Positions 1 through 13,065 of a stretch of 64,000 nucleotides of DNA are shown here, one piece after another. A program made the position numbers and the translations under genes. Below the pieces are notes generated by a model. That model ran no database searches. It had not been told where the DNA came from and worked only from the letters and a program-made list of their open reading frames with translations. The DNA is from Piromyces finnis finn (lineage: Eukaryota > Fungi > Neocallimastigomycota), in contig MCFH01000070.1 of the NCBI GenBank assembly GCA_002104945.1, positions 62,001-126,000 on the forward strand, in the 5' to 3' direction. Numbering within the stretch: the stretch's first letter is position 1; every line of letters starts with the position of its first letter.

Positions 1-2711
1 AGTAAGAAAATCGAAGATGCATTTGATAGAGAAAAAAAATTACGTATAAAATATATTTATGCAAAGGATAAATATGATAAAGAAAAGAGGACTTGCATGA
101 ATAATCATAATGAAACCTCAGAGGTAATATTTTTATTGATTTTAAAGAATATAATTTACAAAAATTATTTGTAATTCTTTTTACGTTCATTTGATCATTA
201 TTAATTAAAAATAAAAATTTTGTGTTGATTGTATTGATTATAATCAAATAGTCATTTAGATATTTAGAAAGGGAACGTACTGAATTCATTATTAAGCATT
301 TAACTAATTACATCAATAATTTGATTATAATGAATCGCAAAGAATTTGAATCTTACAATATTTTAATCAATAATTTAAATACTATATATTCTTCTAATGA
401 TAATTTAAATGAACTTTTACAGTTTAGCGATTTATTAAATAATAAAGGTAGGATATAAACTTTTCAAAAATATAGTAAATTATATAAGAATTTGAAATGT
501 TTATCCATTTTCTGATATATAAATATTTATAAAATATAAAAATTGCAGATGAAAATTCTGTTGAACAAGTAAATAAGGAAATAGAAAAATTACAAACAGA
601 ATATAAAAATGAAAAAAAATTGAAAAAATTCAGAAAGGGAAAAAAGAAGCAAAATATTTTGCATGTTCAAAATGTTACTGAAACAGAAAATGAAAGTGAA
701 CCAAGTGAAAAGAATGAGGAAAGTACTACAGAAATATTAAAAAATCAAGAAAGCCCTTCTGAAGAAATTATAACTACTGAAAGTATAAATGAACCACAAA
801 ACCCAGAGTTATTAACAATTCATGAAAAAAGAAATACAATAAACAGTGATATAGTTTCTAATCGTTCATCTGGTTTAATCAACTTTGATGATTTAATTGA
901 AACTATGCAAAATTTTGATAGAACATTAGATCGTTCAGATCAAGTATCTTTGGTTTCAAAGAATACCATTCAGAAAAATGGAGATAGTAACTCTAGTAAT
1001 AAAGTTGAAAACAATGTCGATAAAGAAAAAGAAAATAACAATGTTCAAATAACATCTGATGCAGATAAAGAAGAGCAAAATGCTAGTGTATCTGACAATT
1101 TAAATAATAAAAATGCTATTGATAATGTTAATAGTACTACAACTACGGAAAATACTATAAATGACAACAAACAAAATAACAACAACGATAATACTATCAT
1201 TAATAATAATACAAATTCTAATACCAATGTTAATACTATTGACAGTGTCAATGCTAAAAATACTGATTCTAATAGTAATGCTAATCAAATTGCAGATTCT
1301 AGAAATGAAAGCAATCTAAATAATAATTTAATGAATTTTAGAACACATGAACATCAATTACAAAATAGAATGTCTAATGACAATTCTAATAGTAGTATAA
1401 TGCTAAATAATGCTAATAACAGTTTTATTAATAAAATCAATAGTAGTAGGATACTCGAAAATAGTTATAGCTCAATATCTAATATAGATACTTCTAGAGT
1501 AGATATTGTGGGTAATACAAATTACTCTAAAATGATGATTTCGCCAAGTCAATCTCCTCAAAACAATATTTATTCCTCAACAAACAATATACCAACCCAA
1601 AACCTTAATCAATACCAGAGACGTAATATGCCTTCATTTTCTTCTAAAAGTAGTCCAAATCTTATGGTAAAAAGAAATTCCAATGATAGTAATAAAACCA
1701 CAGGATCAATTAAATCTAACCATTCTAGATCTAGCATTGGAAGTATGATTTCATCAATATTCCAAAGTCAATCATCACATAAAATAAGCGATGATAGACG
1801 CAGTATAAATAGTGAAATTGTAAACTCTACGTCTTCAACAAATATACCAAGTACACCCAGAAGACTTTCTTCAAAACAAGCTACACGTAGTAGACCACAA
1901 TCAGGCATATACTATCCAAATTCACAATCTGAAAAACCTCTAAGTCGTCAACGCTATTATAAACCACCTTCCAATTCTCGTCATGAATCCCTCTGCTGTA
2001 CCTTAAAACGTAATGAATGTAAAAATTCTTTGAGAGAAGGATACTATACTCCTCAACTTCGGGAAAGCCATTACTCCTCAATGCAAACAACTAATTCCCC
2101 ACTTATTAGTAGTAAAAGTAGTTTTATTTCTAATCGTAGTCCAAGTATACCATACATAGATATCAACACCTCAATATTTCAAGATAATCAAAGTATAAGT
2201 GAAATAGATAAAAGTGGAAAAAGAATTAATTCTATGAGATCAAATACTTCTCTTAGTACTGTTATATCTACACCAAAAACAAGATCTTCATCTGAAATTA
2301 GTATGCAACAAAAAATGCATAGCAATAAAAATATACCAAACACACTAAATTATAATTATGATCCATATGATATTAGTATTGTAAAACCTATTTTATTCTA
2401 TGGTAAGTTTAGTAAATAATATTTTTATGATATAATAATATAGGCATAATTTTAATTTTATTGTAAAAACTTTGTCAATATATATATACCAACCTTTTTA
2501 ATATCTATTTTTTTTAGTTCGTGTATTATTTGATTATAATTCAGCAATCTATGAGGAAATTAGTGTAAGAAAAGATATGATTATTCCAATTTTAGAAACT
2601 CAAGAAGATGGTTGGTGGGAAGGTGAAATTGAAGAAGTGGGTCCAACTGGTAGACGTCGTAGACGTGGTTTATTACCATCCAATTTTGTAGAAGTTATAA
2701 AAAATATTTAA
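1..2711 (+). CDS. F-BAR/SH3 protein, Cdc15/Imp2/Hof1 (PCH)-like; 5' end lies outside the window
   Basis: Exons 1-123, 252-447, 549-2402 and 2518-2711 join in frame at GT-AG sites. The N-terminal part is helical and charged (YLERERTEFIIKHL..., like an F-BAR C-terminus). A long S/N-rich linker follows. The last exon is a clear SH3 domain: KPILFYVRVLFDY...EEISVRKDMIIPILETQEDGWWEGE...RGLLPSNFVEVI*. The family call is inferred from this architecture. Confidence 0.75.
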
Positions 2712-3348
2712 ATTAAGAAAAGTATCTCATTTAAGAATTGCTAAAAGAGATGGAAAAATGAATTCACAAAATTAAAAACTAAGCAATAAATATTCAATAC
2801 CTAAATTCTACTTATTAATATAACATTTAAAATTTTTTTTTTTTCAAGAAAAAAACAATCAAAGTGAAAAGCGAAAGAAAAAAAGAAAGAAAAAAAAAAA
2901 AGCAACTAAAAAAAAAAAAAAAAGGAAGCAAAAATAATAATAATAATTTTTTTAAAAAAAAAAAAAAGAAAAAAACAATAAACAATAATAAACAAAAATA
3001 ATTTACAATAATAATGTAACATAAGAAAAAATTAAGCAAAATTTGTAAAATTAAATTTTATGACAACACAATTTAAAGGAAAATTAGACAACAATTATTT
3101 TTTATTGAAGAAAAATAAAAATAATATTCGACAAAAGTTTAATGATACAATCAAATATATATGTATATTTAAAACAAGTCAACTTTATTATTTCCGACAT
3201 TTTTTTGTACTTTTTTTTTGTATAGTTATTATTTTTATTTTTATTATTTCTAAATTAAATAGTATATACTAGTTTTTTCTTTTTTTAATTTATTATTTTT
3301 TAATAGATAGCTTCTTTTCTAAATCTATTTCTTTTGATAATTTCGGTT

Positions 3349-3388
<40 letters not shown>

Positions 3389-5147
3389 GTTTTATAATTA
3401 TTATTATTATTATTAATATTTTTTTTTTAACCTTTCTTCTTTCACAAGAAGAAAAAAAAAAAAATAGAAGTAGTAGATAATAATGAATATGTAGTATAAT
3501 CTATAATTTATTTTTCATTCAAAATATATAATAGTAGTTTTCTTTTATATATATATTAACAAACAAATAAATTGATACCAATTAGTAATAGTAATTTTAA
3601 TATAAATAATTATATAAGTAAACTGAAACTAACAATAAAACAATTCACACACAAACACAAAAAAAAAAAAAAAGTAAAATTCCTAAGTAAGTGATAATGT
3701 ATTATAAGTAATTAAAAAAAAAAAAATATGAAATTTTTATTAAAAAAAAAAAAAAAAGAAAAAAGAAAAAAAAAAAAAAACAATTGAAAAACAAAAAAAC
3801 GACAATAAAATTAATTACAACAATTAAGTATAACAAAAAACAGAAACTAAACAAATATACAAAATAATAAATGTAACACAACAAATAAGTAGGAACTGAA
3901 TTTTTTTTATTTTTTTTTTTAGTAAATAATAATTATATATATTTTTTTCTTTTATAAGAAAAGAAAAAAAGTAAAATGATATAGAATTATTCACCTTTAA
4001 TAAAAATGACAATATAGTAAGAAAGAAAAAGGAATATTTTTTATTATACAATATTTATATATTACAAAATATATATTCTTTTTTTATTTTTCCTTTTTTT
4101 TTTTTTTTTATTTTTAATATTTAATATTATGTTTTAATATATAAATTAATTATTATCATAATTAATGTAATAATATAAAAAAAGAAGAGAAAAAAAGACT
4201 TTTTTTTTTTTTTTCTTTTCTTTACCAATAATGCAAATAATTTTTTTTTAATAAAAAAAAAAAAAAAAAACCCTTAAAAAAAGCAACCCTCTAAACCCAT
4301 TATTTGTCATCCATTATCCCATTTTAATTTACCTATACATAGATTTACTTCCCTTCTTTGGATATATATAAAACAGTTTCCTTCTTTCTAAATTTTTGTT
4401 AGTGTTTAGATTTGTTTAAAAAAAAAAAAGAATTATTAAAAAAAAAAAAAAACTTTTTTTTATTTTACCTAGTTTTTTTGATGTAATTAGAATATTTTAT
4501 TGAAATTAAAAAAAAAAAAAAAAAAAAAAAAGAATAGAATAAAAATATAATATGAAAATAAAAAAATAATAAAAAAAAAAAATAAAAGAATAGACTTTTT
4601 AATATTTATAATCATACCTATTGAATATTTAAGCATTATTATGTTCATATTAATAAAAATGTGAATATCTTTTTTTTTTTTTTTTTCCATTTCTATAATT
4701 ATATATATTATTCTAAAATTTAACAAATAAAAGATATATTCATTCTTTTCTTTCTTAAAAAAAAAAAAAAAAAAAAAAATTAATCTATAAAATTTACACA
4801 AAGCAATCAAATAATAATAATAATAAAAAAATAGAATAAAATCTTTATGTAATTATAAAATTATTTTTTTTTCTTTAAAACGATTATTGTGTTTTTTTTT
4901 TTTTTTTTTTTTTTTTTATTATTATTTTTTATTTTCTAAATTATTTTTATTGTTATTTTTTTTTTTTTTAAAAATTAAATGTTCAAAGGAAAAAAATATT
5001 TTTTTTTTTCTTTCTTTCAATATTCGTATTCTTTCTCTCTTTTTATAAATAGGAAAGGTATATTGAAAATGAGATATATATATATATATCATATTGTAAG
5101 GTGTAAAAATAATTATGTCTATTTGTCCTAGGTAATGGGTAAAAGGC

Positions 5148-8100
5148 TTATGCAGAAGCGCAATACTTAAAAGTATATTGTTGATCTAAACCAATGTAAC
5201 CATCACTAATAAGATATATAGTTAATTCTTGAGAACCTATGAGATCATGTGGAACAACAAATTCTAAAGAAACAAAACGATCATCTTCATTAAGAGTATT
5301 TTGTCTTTTTCTAGTCTTTTTCTTATTGTCTTTATCACCAGTAGAAGTTTTATTGGCTGTCTTTTTTGCAAAACCTAAACGTTTTAAAACTATTAATTCA
5401 TTAGTTTCTTCATCTCCAAGAACAACCCACCATGATTCATGTTGTACCTTTGGGAATTCTGGGGTATAAATCTTGAAAGTCTATAAAAGGTATAAAAAGA
5501 AAAATGAAAAAATATATAATATAAAAATATTCATTAATATTAAAAAAAAAAGTAATATTTTTTTTTTTTTTTTTTACTATAATATGACTACTTACATTAT
5601 CAGAATGTGGTCTTAAACGTTTCATAGTAATATTAATATTGTAAACACCACCCGCCTTAAGGATAGGAATTTTACTTTCAGTATTTTTAACGGCGTATTT
5701 TGGTTCATCATTCTTTGAAGATGCTTCCACCTTCCAACTTAAATCATAGATAGGAAGATTATTAACAACCTTAACAACTTCATCAATCTTTTTATCAGAA
5801 AAGTGTGGAATCTTTTTAAATATAGAACGAACTTCTTTTTCAGGAAGAACAGCAAGTTCTGGAAGACAGGAAACATGTTTTAATAAATGATTAAGATTGC
5901 TGTTGTTATAGCAGTATGGTAACATGGCTAAAGTAGAATCAGTTAACCATAAACCTTGCTTTAAACATTGAATGATATTCATAACACCAAAACTTGTTTG
6001 AAGGAAACCTTGAGTAGCAACTACTTCTAACATGGCTTGTAATATACGAATAGCATTGTCCAAAATCTATTAAATTAATAAATCAATAAATCAAATCAAT
6101 AAATCAAATCAATCAATCAATCAATAAATATTAATATTTTATACTGTACAGCTTTAATATCTGTTTCAAAATCAGTACATGGGAAGTCCTTAATACGACT
6201 GAGATAAGCTTCTAATAAAATAAATACTTTAGCATGAGGATCACCATAGGATTTATTTTTAAGGTTACCACCAAAGTTAGATTCTGAACGTCCCAATTCT
6301 ACTAAACTGATTCTACAACGTTGTTCCAATTCTTCATTTAACAAGTCTTCATTGTGACGAACAGGATGTTCACGATATTCACTGGCTTCACAAAGTAAAT
6401 AAAGAAGACGTGGGAAATCACCATCAGCAAATTGATGTTCTTTGGTAGGATCACCTTGAGGGTTATAGTCTTCCGTAAGAATATTTTTGTAGTAGTGAAT
6501 GGTTTTATAAGAAAGATAGTAAAAGGAAGCAATATGACCATAGATTGTTGGTTTGACACCAATTTCGCCTGAATAGGTTAAACAAGAATTCATATAAAGA
6601 TCATGAAGAGTTTTTTCTACTAAATATGATAAGTATTCATTAAGAGCATCTGGAGAGCTATCATCTAAACCATAGTAGGTTGGATTAATTTGAAGACGAC
6701 GGTAAAAGTATGTCCAAGTTAAGTAATCAATAGCATCTTGTTTAGAGGAAATAGTACCAGAAACAATTTCGGCATTCATGTGATCATGAAGGAATTTATG
6801 AAGGGCGGATTCAACAGGGAAAGGCTCATGCAAGAATTTACGATAGAAATCTTTTTTGGTATCTTGAACCATAATTTGAGCAATACCAGTATCATCGAAT
6901 TGTGGACGACCAGCACGACCCATCATTTGAAGAACATCAGTAATAGGGAAGTCAACATAGGTATCCGTTTTTTTATCATAGAATTCAGTACCTTTAACAA
7001 CAACTAAGTGAGCTGGTGAATTAATACCCCAAGCTAAAGTGGATGTAGCAACTAATATTTGAATCTTTTCATTAACAAAGAGTTCTTCTACTACTGCACG
7101 ATCACTATCAACTAAACCAGCATGGTGAAGACCAATACCAAAGGAAAGAGCATATTGAAGGGATGGATCTTGAATACCTTTAATGATCATTTCTATTTCT
7201 TCATCTGGCATATGAAGGAAACGTCTTGGATTACCATCTGCAGCACAAAGCGAAATGATATCTTGGGCTGTCAAACGAGTTTGACGACGAGATGAAACAA
7301 ATACAATGGCTGGCTTTGTAGGTGAATAGGTTACAATGGCTTTATAGGTTGGTTTATTCATGGTTTGCATTCTTGGACAATAATGCTTTCCTTGGAATCC
7401 ATCAATATGGATTTCTAATGGAACTGGACGAACAGAATGTCTAAAGTTAAATAAACCAACGTTATTAATACCTAACCAATCGGCTAAATCACTAGAATTA
7501 GCTAAGGCAGTACTAAGACCAACAATACGAATTTGATTATCTGTATTTGAGGCAATATAATTCATACGTGAGACAATAACTTCTAAAATTGGACCTCTAT
7601 CACTACCTAACAAGTGAATTTCATCGATGATTACTAAAGCGACATCTTTGACATATTTTCTTGTTTTCCAAGAACGACTAACACCATCCCATTTTTCTGG
7701 GGTAGTGATAATAATATCAGCATCACGGATAGTTTTTAAATCTGGTGTCACATCACCAGTCAATTCAACTAAGTTTCTTTTCATTGGTCCAGTTAAACGC
7801 TTATTCCAATCTGTGACACGTTCACGAACTAAAGCCTTTAATGGTGCAATGTATACAACCTTTGACTTTGGCTTTTCCCTGAAACTTGCCCACATAGCTA
7901 ATTCAGCAATAACAGTCTTACCAGAACCAGTTGGAGCACCGACTAAAATATTATTATTGGTCCAATATACAGTATGGAAGATTTGGGTTTGAATGGCGTT
8001 AAAGTAATCAAAACGTTTACGACAAATTTCTTCTAAAACATCATCATGTAAAGCCGAGACAGGTAATGGTTGAAGGTTTAATAGATTGGTATTTGGGGTA

Positions 8101-11100
8101 CGGTTCATTCCTGGTAAAATAAAGTTTTTAAAGGATACTGGGAATACAGATTCTGCACCCATCCAACGATCATTAATGGCGTGAACATAAATTTGAGTTG
8201 GAAGATGATCAACTGTTTCATTTGTGGAAGGAATTGGAATGACAAAATCTAATGTTTGTGTAACATTCATTTTCTTTTTACTTAAAATAAATTGTTCGGC
8301 ATGAAGAATTTCAACATTTTCTGGATCTTGAACCCAAATCCAGAAAACTTCAATGTTACCATGAATACGATCATTCCAGATAAAGTTTGGTGTGACATGA
8401 AGTTTTACTCTCATTACATTACGAGTAATTGGGGCTACTACTGGGTCAATAATTAACAATGGGAATTGTTCTGCGCATCTTAAAATATTGTCACCCATAC
8501 GAATATGATGAACTAATTCACCAATTTCCATTGGTTCCATATCTCTAATAGTTTCTACTGAGTAAATATTAGAGAGAGAATTCAATTTTTGAAGAATAGG
8601 ATGTGGTAAATCAAATTGGGTTAAGGGATGTTCAAAAGGCCACATTCTTTTTTCGACAGATTTACAGATAGTTAAGAGTTTACTTGCTACAGGACCCCAA
8701 TTGCGATTCATAGCAATTTCAAACATTGCTCTTGCAATTCTAGCAGAATGTTGGGCAACATATGCTGAATCGGAAATTAAAGCAAAGTCTTTGATATTTT
8801 CACGAGATATATAAGTTTGAAGAAGAATATTTACCTTACCATAATAATTATTAACACCACCTTCTACATCACAAATACAAGCAAATTTTTCTAATTTTTC
8901 CAATTCTGTTAATTCTTCTTCTCTAAGTTTTACATTTTCAAATTCTTTACTATGACAAATCATACCAATGATATCAGCTTCGGTCATTACTTTTTTCATT
9001 TTTTCATTAATAATTTCAATGGTTTCATTATTAATGTAAAACAAACTTGCAATACGACCTAAATCTTTGGAGGTTAAATAACCCTGTTCGGTAGAATTGG
9101 CATAGATAATCATTTGAAGTTGATGAAGACGTTTAGCTGCTAATTTAACGATATCGGTTAAGTGCTTAATAAGGTAATCTGGCTCGTTGAGATCACGTGG
9201 TAAAAGACCATATTTTAATGGATTCTTCTTTAAACGTACATAATAAAAGGTATAACTAAGCCATGAAACTGCTTCTTGAATATTTGTTACTGTTCCTAAA
9301 GTAATTTCAGCATTTAAGTTATCAACCAAGTTGAAACCAAATCGAGATTCAATTGGTTGACTTTGTGTGATAGCTTGAATATAATGCGATAGCTTATCAT
9401 GTGTAGTTAAGATATAACCTAAACCGTGATCTTCATATCCTGGACGACCAGCTCTACCAAAAATTTGAAGTACGTCTAGAATAGATAAATCAAAGAAAGC
9501 ATTATCATCAGAGGAAGAAGAACCTTTTTGAACACCATATACTCTAGTACCTTTAATAATAACTGCATAAGCTGGTAAGTTAACACCCCAAGCAAGAGTT
9601 GCAGTACATACTAAAACTTTAACAGCACCTTTTGCAAATATTTTTTCTACTAAATTTCTATCTGAACGAAGCATACCAGCATTATGGAATGCTAAACCGG
9701 AAGCATATAAATCCTTTAATTCATTATTTCTTGATTTCTGAACTTCTTTAAGACAAGCAAAATGTTCATCAGAGTATTTCATATCAAATAATCCCATAAC
9801 ACCTTCATTAGTGGCATATTCCCTTAATTTTTGTGCAGTTTTAACTGTTTCTTTTCGAGAATGAACAAAAATCATAACTTGCTTATCTTGTTTGACTAAT
9901 TCAATTACTTTTTCAAAACATATATTATCCATTTTAGTTCTTACAGCATTTGAATTTGGGTTACCCTTGACCCCAATAAATGTTTGACCTAATGGAACAG
10001 GTCTGAAACCATCGTCAAAATAGAACATACCGCGATATAAATTAACTTTTAAAAATTCTGCTACATCTACATAATTAGGTAAAGTAGCAGAGAGACCAAT
10101 GATTCTAATCATTGACTGAGTCATTTCAACTTGTCTTTGTGTTCTAGCAACAATACTTTCAATAACAGAACCACGATCATCATGTAACAAGTGAACTTCA
10201 TCAATAATTAATAATCTTACTTTTTGAACCAATTCAGTATCACCTGTAGTTTTTCTAGTAACAACATCCCACTTTTCTGGTGTAGTAACAATCATTTGTG
10301 TTTGTGCAATTTCAGATTTCGTAAGTTGCATATCTCCTGTATATTCTTTAACAGTGATACCAAGTTCACCTAATCTTTCTGAAAATTTTCTAACAATTTC
10401 AGCTGCTAACGCTTTCATTGGGGCTACGTAAACAATCTTAAACTGATCTCTATCAAGATACTTAGTTTCTGGATCGTAGTATTTTAGAATAGTGTTTAGT
10501 ACAGCAAGCATAGCAATATTAGTTTTACCAGCACCAGTTGGAGCAGCAACTAACATATTTTCATTAGTATGAAATGCAATTGGGAATACGATGGATTGAA
10601 CCCTATTTAATTGTTTAATACCTTTAAAAGCTTTTTGTGAAAACTCATCTAGTGAAGAGATTGGAATTAATTTTTCTTCTGCTCTTTCTGGAGCCTTTTG
10701 AACAATTGGTATAATAATTTCTTCATAATCCTTATCGTCGTTTCTAATAGTTCCTTGTGGAAGGACATATTGATTACCAAAAGATGAAAATACTGGTCGT
10801 TTATTTGCTTTTGCACTATAGACATTTGGATATTGAGGTTCTGAGTACTTTTTTAAGATATTTAAAATAAATATTAAATGATATAAGTATTTAAATAAAT
10901 AATATATATGAACAATTATGAAGAGTTATATAATTAAAATACTATTCGTTAATTTACATCATATTCCGGTTCTAAGAGAATGTTCTTTTTTTGAAAATCC
11001 TTTTCCCAATTCTTTTTTAAATTTTCGCTTGTAAATTCATTTTCATTCAAGTCATCTATATTTATCATTATTATATTGAATATACATATACAATTTTTAA

Positions 11101-12417
11101 TATATTTAATTAGAACATTTTCTATAATATTCTATAGTATTACCTAACATGTTTGTATGATGCTTATTAAGTTTTCTTTGCTTTTTTTGATTTTGAAGTT
11201 CATCTTCTGTAGTTACTGTAAATTGTGTACCATATTTTGGTTTATTGTTACTTACATTTCTATTTATGTTTTTTAACTATTAATAGTAAAATTAATAATA
11301 TTATTTATTATTTGTTTTATTTATATTTTATTTTCTAATGTTAGTAATTAGTAATTACAATTTTATCTTTATTTTGAACTAAAATTGAAATTAATTCAAA
11401 ATTTCCAAAGCCAAGTAAATCAACCAAACTATTTTCCAATTGCTCTTAATTATGAATAAGTTTTTTTTTCAATTAATATTATATATTATAATTACAAATA
11501 TTATCATTATTATTAAATTTTTCACCATTTGTATCATTTGATAATAATCCAATAATTTCTTGAGTTAATTCTTTTGGCGCGAATAATACTTCACTACCTT
11601 CATTAATTTGCATTTCAACATGTTCTTGACATTTACTAATAATGAAGTAAATATTAATATCAATGTAATATAAAACTATAGAAAACTTTATTATTCACAT
11701 ATTCACATATTTACCCTTCAAGCCATTCAATTCCAAATTCTCCATTACTATCAAATTCATTGTCTGATATATATTTATTATTTTCATTATTTCTATTATC
11801 ATTTGCTTTTGGAGTTAAATAATTATTAAATGGAACATTAAACTTTATATTTTTTCCATATATATTTTCATTTGCTGCAAATTGAAATGTGAATAATTAA
11901 AACAAAAAACAAAAAAAAAAAAACATAATTTTTAAATTATTTTTTTTATTAATCTAAATCAACCAAAATAAATATATACAAAAACCGAACAAAATTTTTT
12001 AAATTTTCTAAAACTTACAAACTGATTTACTGTAAATATGGATTTTTGAAATTTAATGAAATTCATTTTATGAAAATATAAAAATAAATAAATTTATATA
12101 TATATATTATTATTTTTAATGTTAATATAAATACACATAATATATATATATTTAAGTATATGAGATAATTATGTTTTAATAATACAATAATCTTACATGG
12201 ATGTTTTATCTTTTACTTCATTTATATATTTAACATTTTGTTTCCAATAATTTACTAATTTTCCTAATTTCTTTAATAATTCTGTATTTTCTAAATTATT
12301 TTCAAGGCTATTTGAACTATCATCTACAGCTTTTCCTTTTCCTTTTAAAATTTTTGGTGCAAATAAATTAGATTGCCCAGATAACTCTTGTCTTAATAAG
12401 TCAGTAAATCTTAACAT
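5148..12417 (-). CDS. SLH1: Ski2-like tandem-cassette helicase Slh1/ASCC3 (ribosome quality-control trigger helicase)
   Basis: Two helicase cassettes (APTGAGKT/DEVH/QIFGRAGRP and APTGSGKT/DEIH/QMMGRAGRPQFD), each followed by a Sec63 domain. N-terminal LVDLLGFGNFELI and PKYGTQFTV motifs are ASCC3/Slh1-like. About 10 exons: ATG at 12417, micro-exon 12019-12029, main exon ~10847-6150, last exon ending ...SDGYIGLDQQYTFKYCASA* (stop 5148-5150). Confidence 0.93.
6068..6130 (+). repeat. (TCAA/TAAA)n microsatellite inside an SLH1 intron
   Basis: aataaatcaataaatcaaatcaataaatcaaatcaatcaatcaatcaataaat read directly. Confidence 0.8.
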
Positions 12418-13065
12418 ACTAGATTTTAATTAATTATTTATGTAAGCTTAATGAATTTTTTTCTTTATAAATAAAGAAATGACTTTAAAATTTATTTAAA
12501 TAGAACTTTATTAAATTCGATTTTTATTTTAATTTATCAGGTATATTAAAGGTAACTTTTCAAAAAATGTGTAAAGTTTAAAAATTAATTTACATTTATT
12601 TTTTCTTTTAAAGATTGAGCTTTTTAAAAAATATAAAAATTAAATTCTAGAAAAATTGTAAACCAATAAAATTTTATTGTTATTTTTTTTTTTTTATTTT
12701 ACAGAAATATGTTAAATAAATACTAACATGGTACTATTTCATTTAATATAGATATATATGAAATACAAAAGAATAACATTCATATGTAATTTAAATAGAT
12801 TGAATAAATAAATTTATAAAACAATAATTAATAAATATAAAACAGTATAATAGAATTAAGAAAAATTATAAGTATAAAAGAGATGTTATGATATAATAAA
12901 TAATAATTCTAAATCGTAATATAACTCTTCATTCATATACATATACATTAAAATTTAAATTTTTATGAAATTTTTTATATTTCTATTTCTATATAATTAT
13001 TTTTGGTGAAGAATATTGTATTAACATTACTATACATAAATAATATATATTATATATTAGTGATA

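Noticed and set aside
2827-4810. Short F/K/I-rich ORFs in the intergenic poly-A/T region (2827, 3060, 3702, 3824, 4487); similar ORFs at 37361, 42632 and 58551
   Set aside because: They are translations of homopolymer runs with no coding-like composition or conserved motif.
6338-7992. Antisense or overlapping ORFs over SLH1, and likewise at 1045, 17335, 23013, 24523, 32941, 40389, 41269, 46667, 53558 and 63216
   Set aside because: Shadow frames opposite real coding exons, expected from codon bias; no independent features.
6117-10556. Brr2 (U5 snRNP200) as the identity of the tandem helicase
   Set aside because: The N-terminus lacks Brr2-type plug/PWI sequence and has ASCC3/Slh1-type motifs. 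The second cassette keeps intact catalytic motifs (APTGSGKT, DEIH, GRAGRP), unlike the degenerate C-terminal cassette of Brr2.
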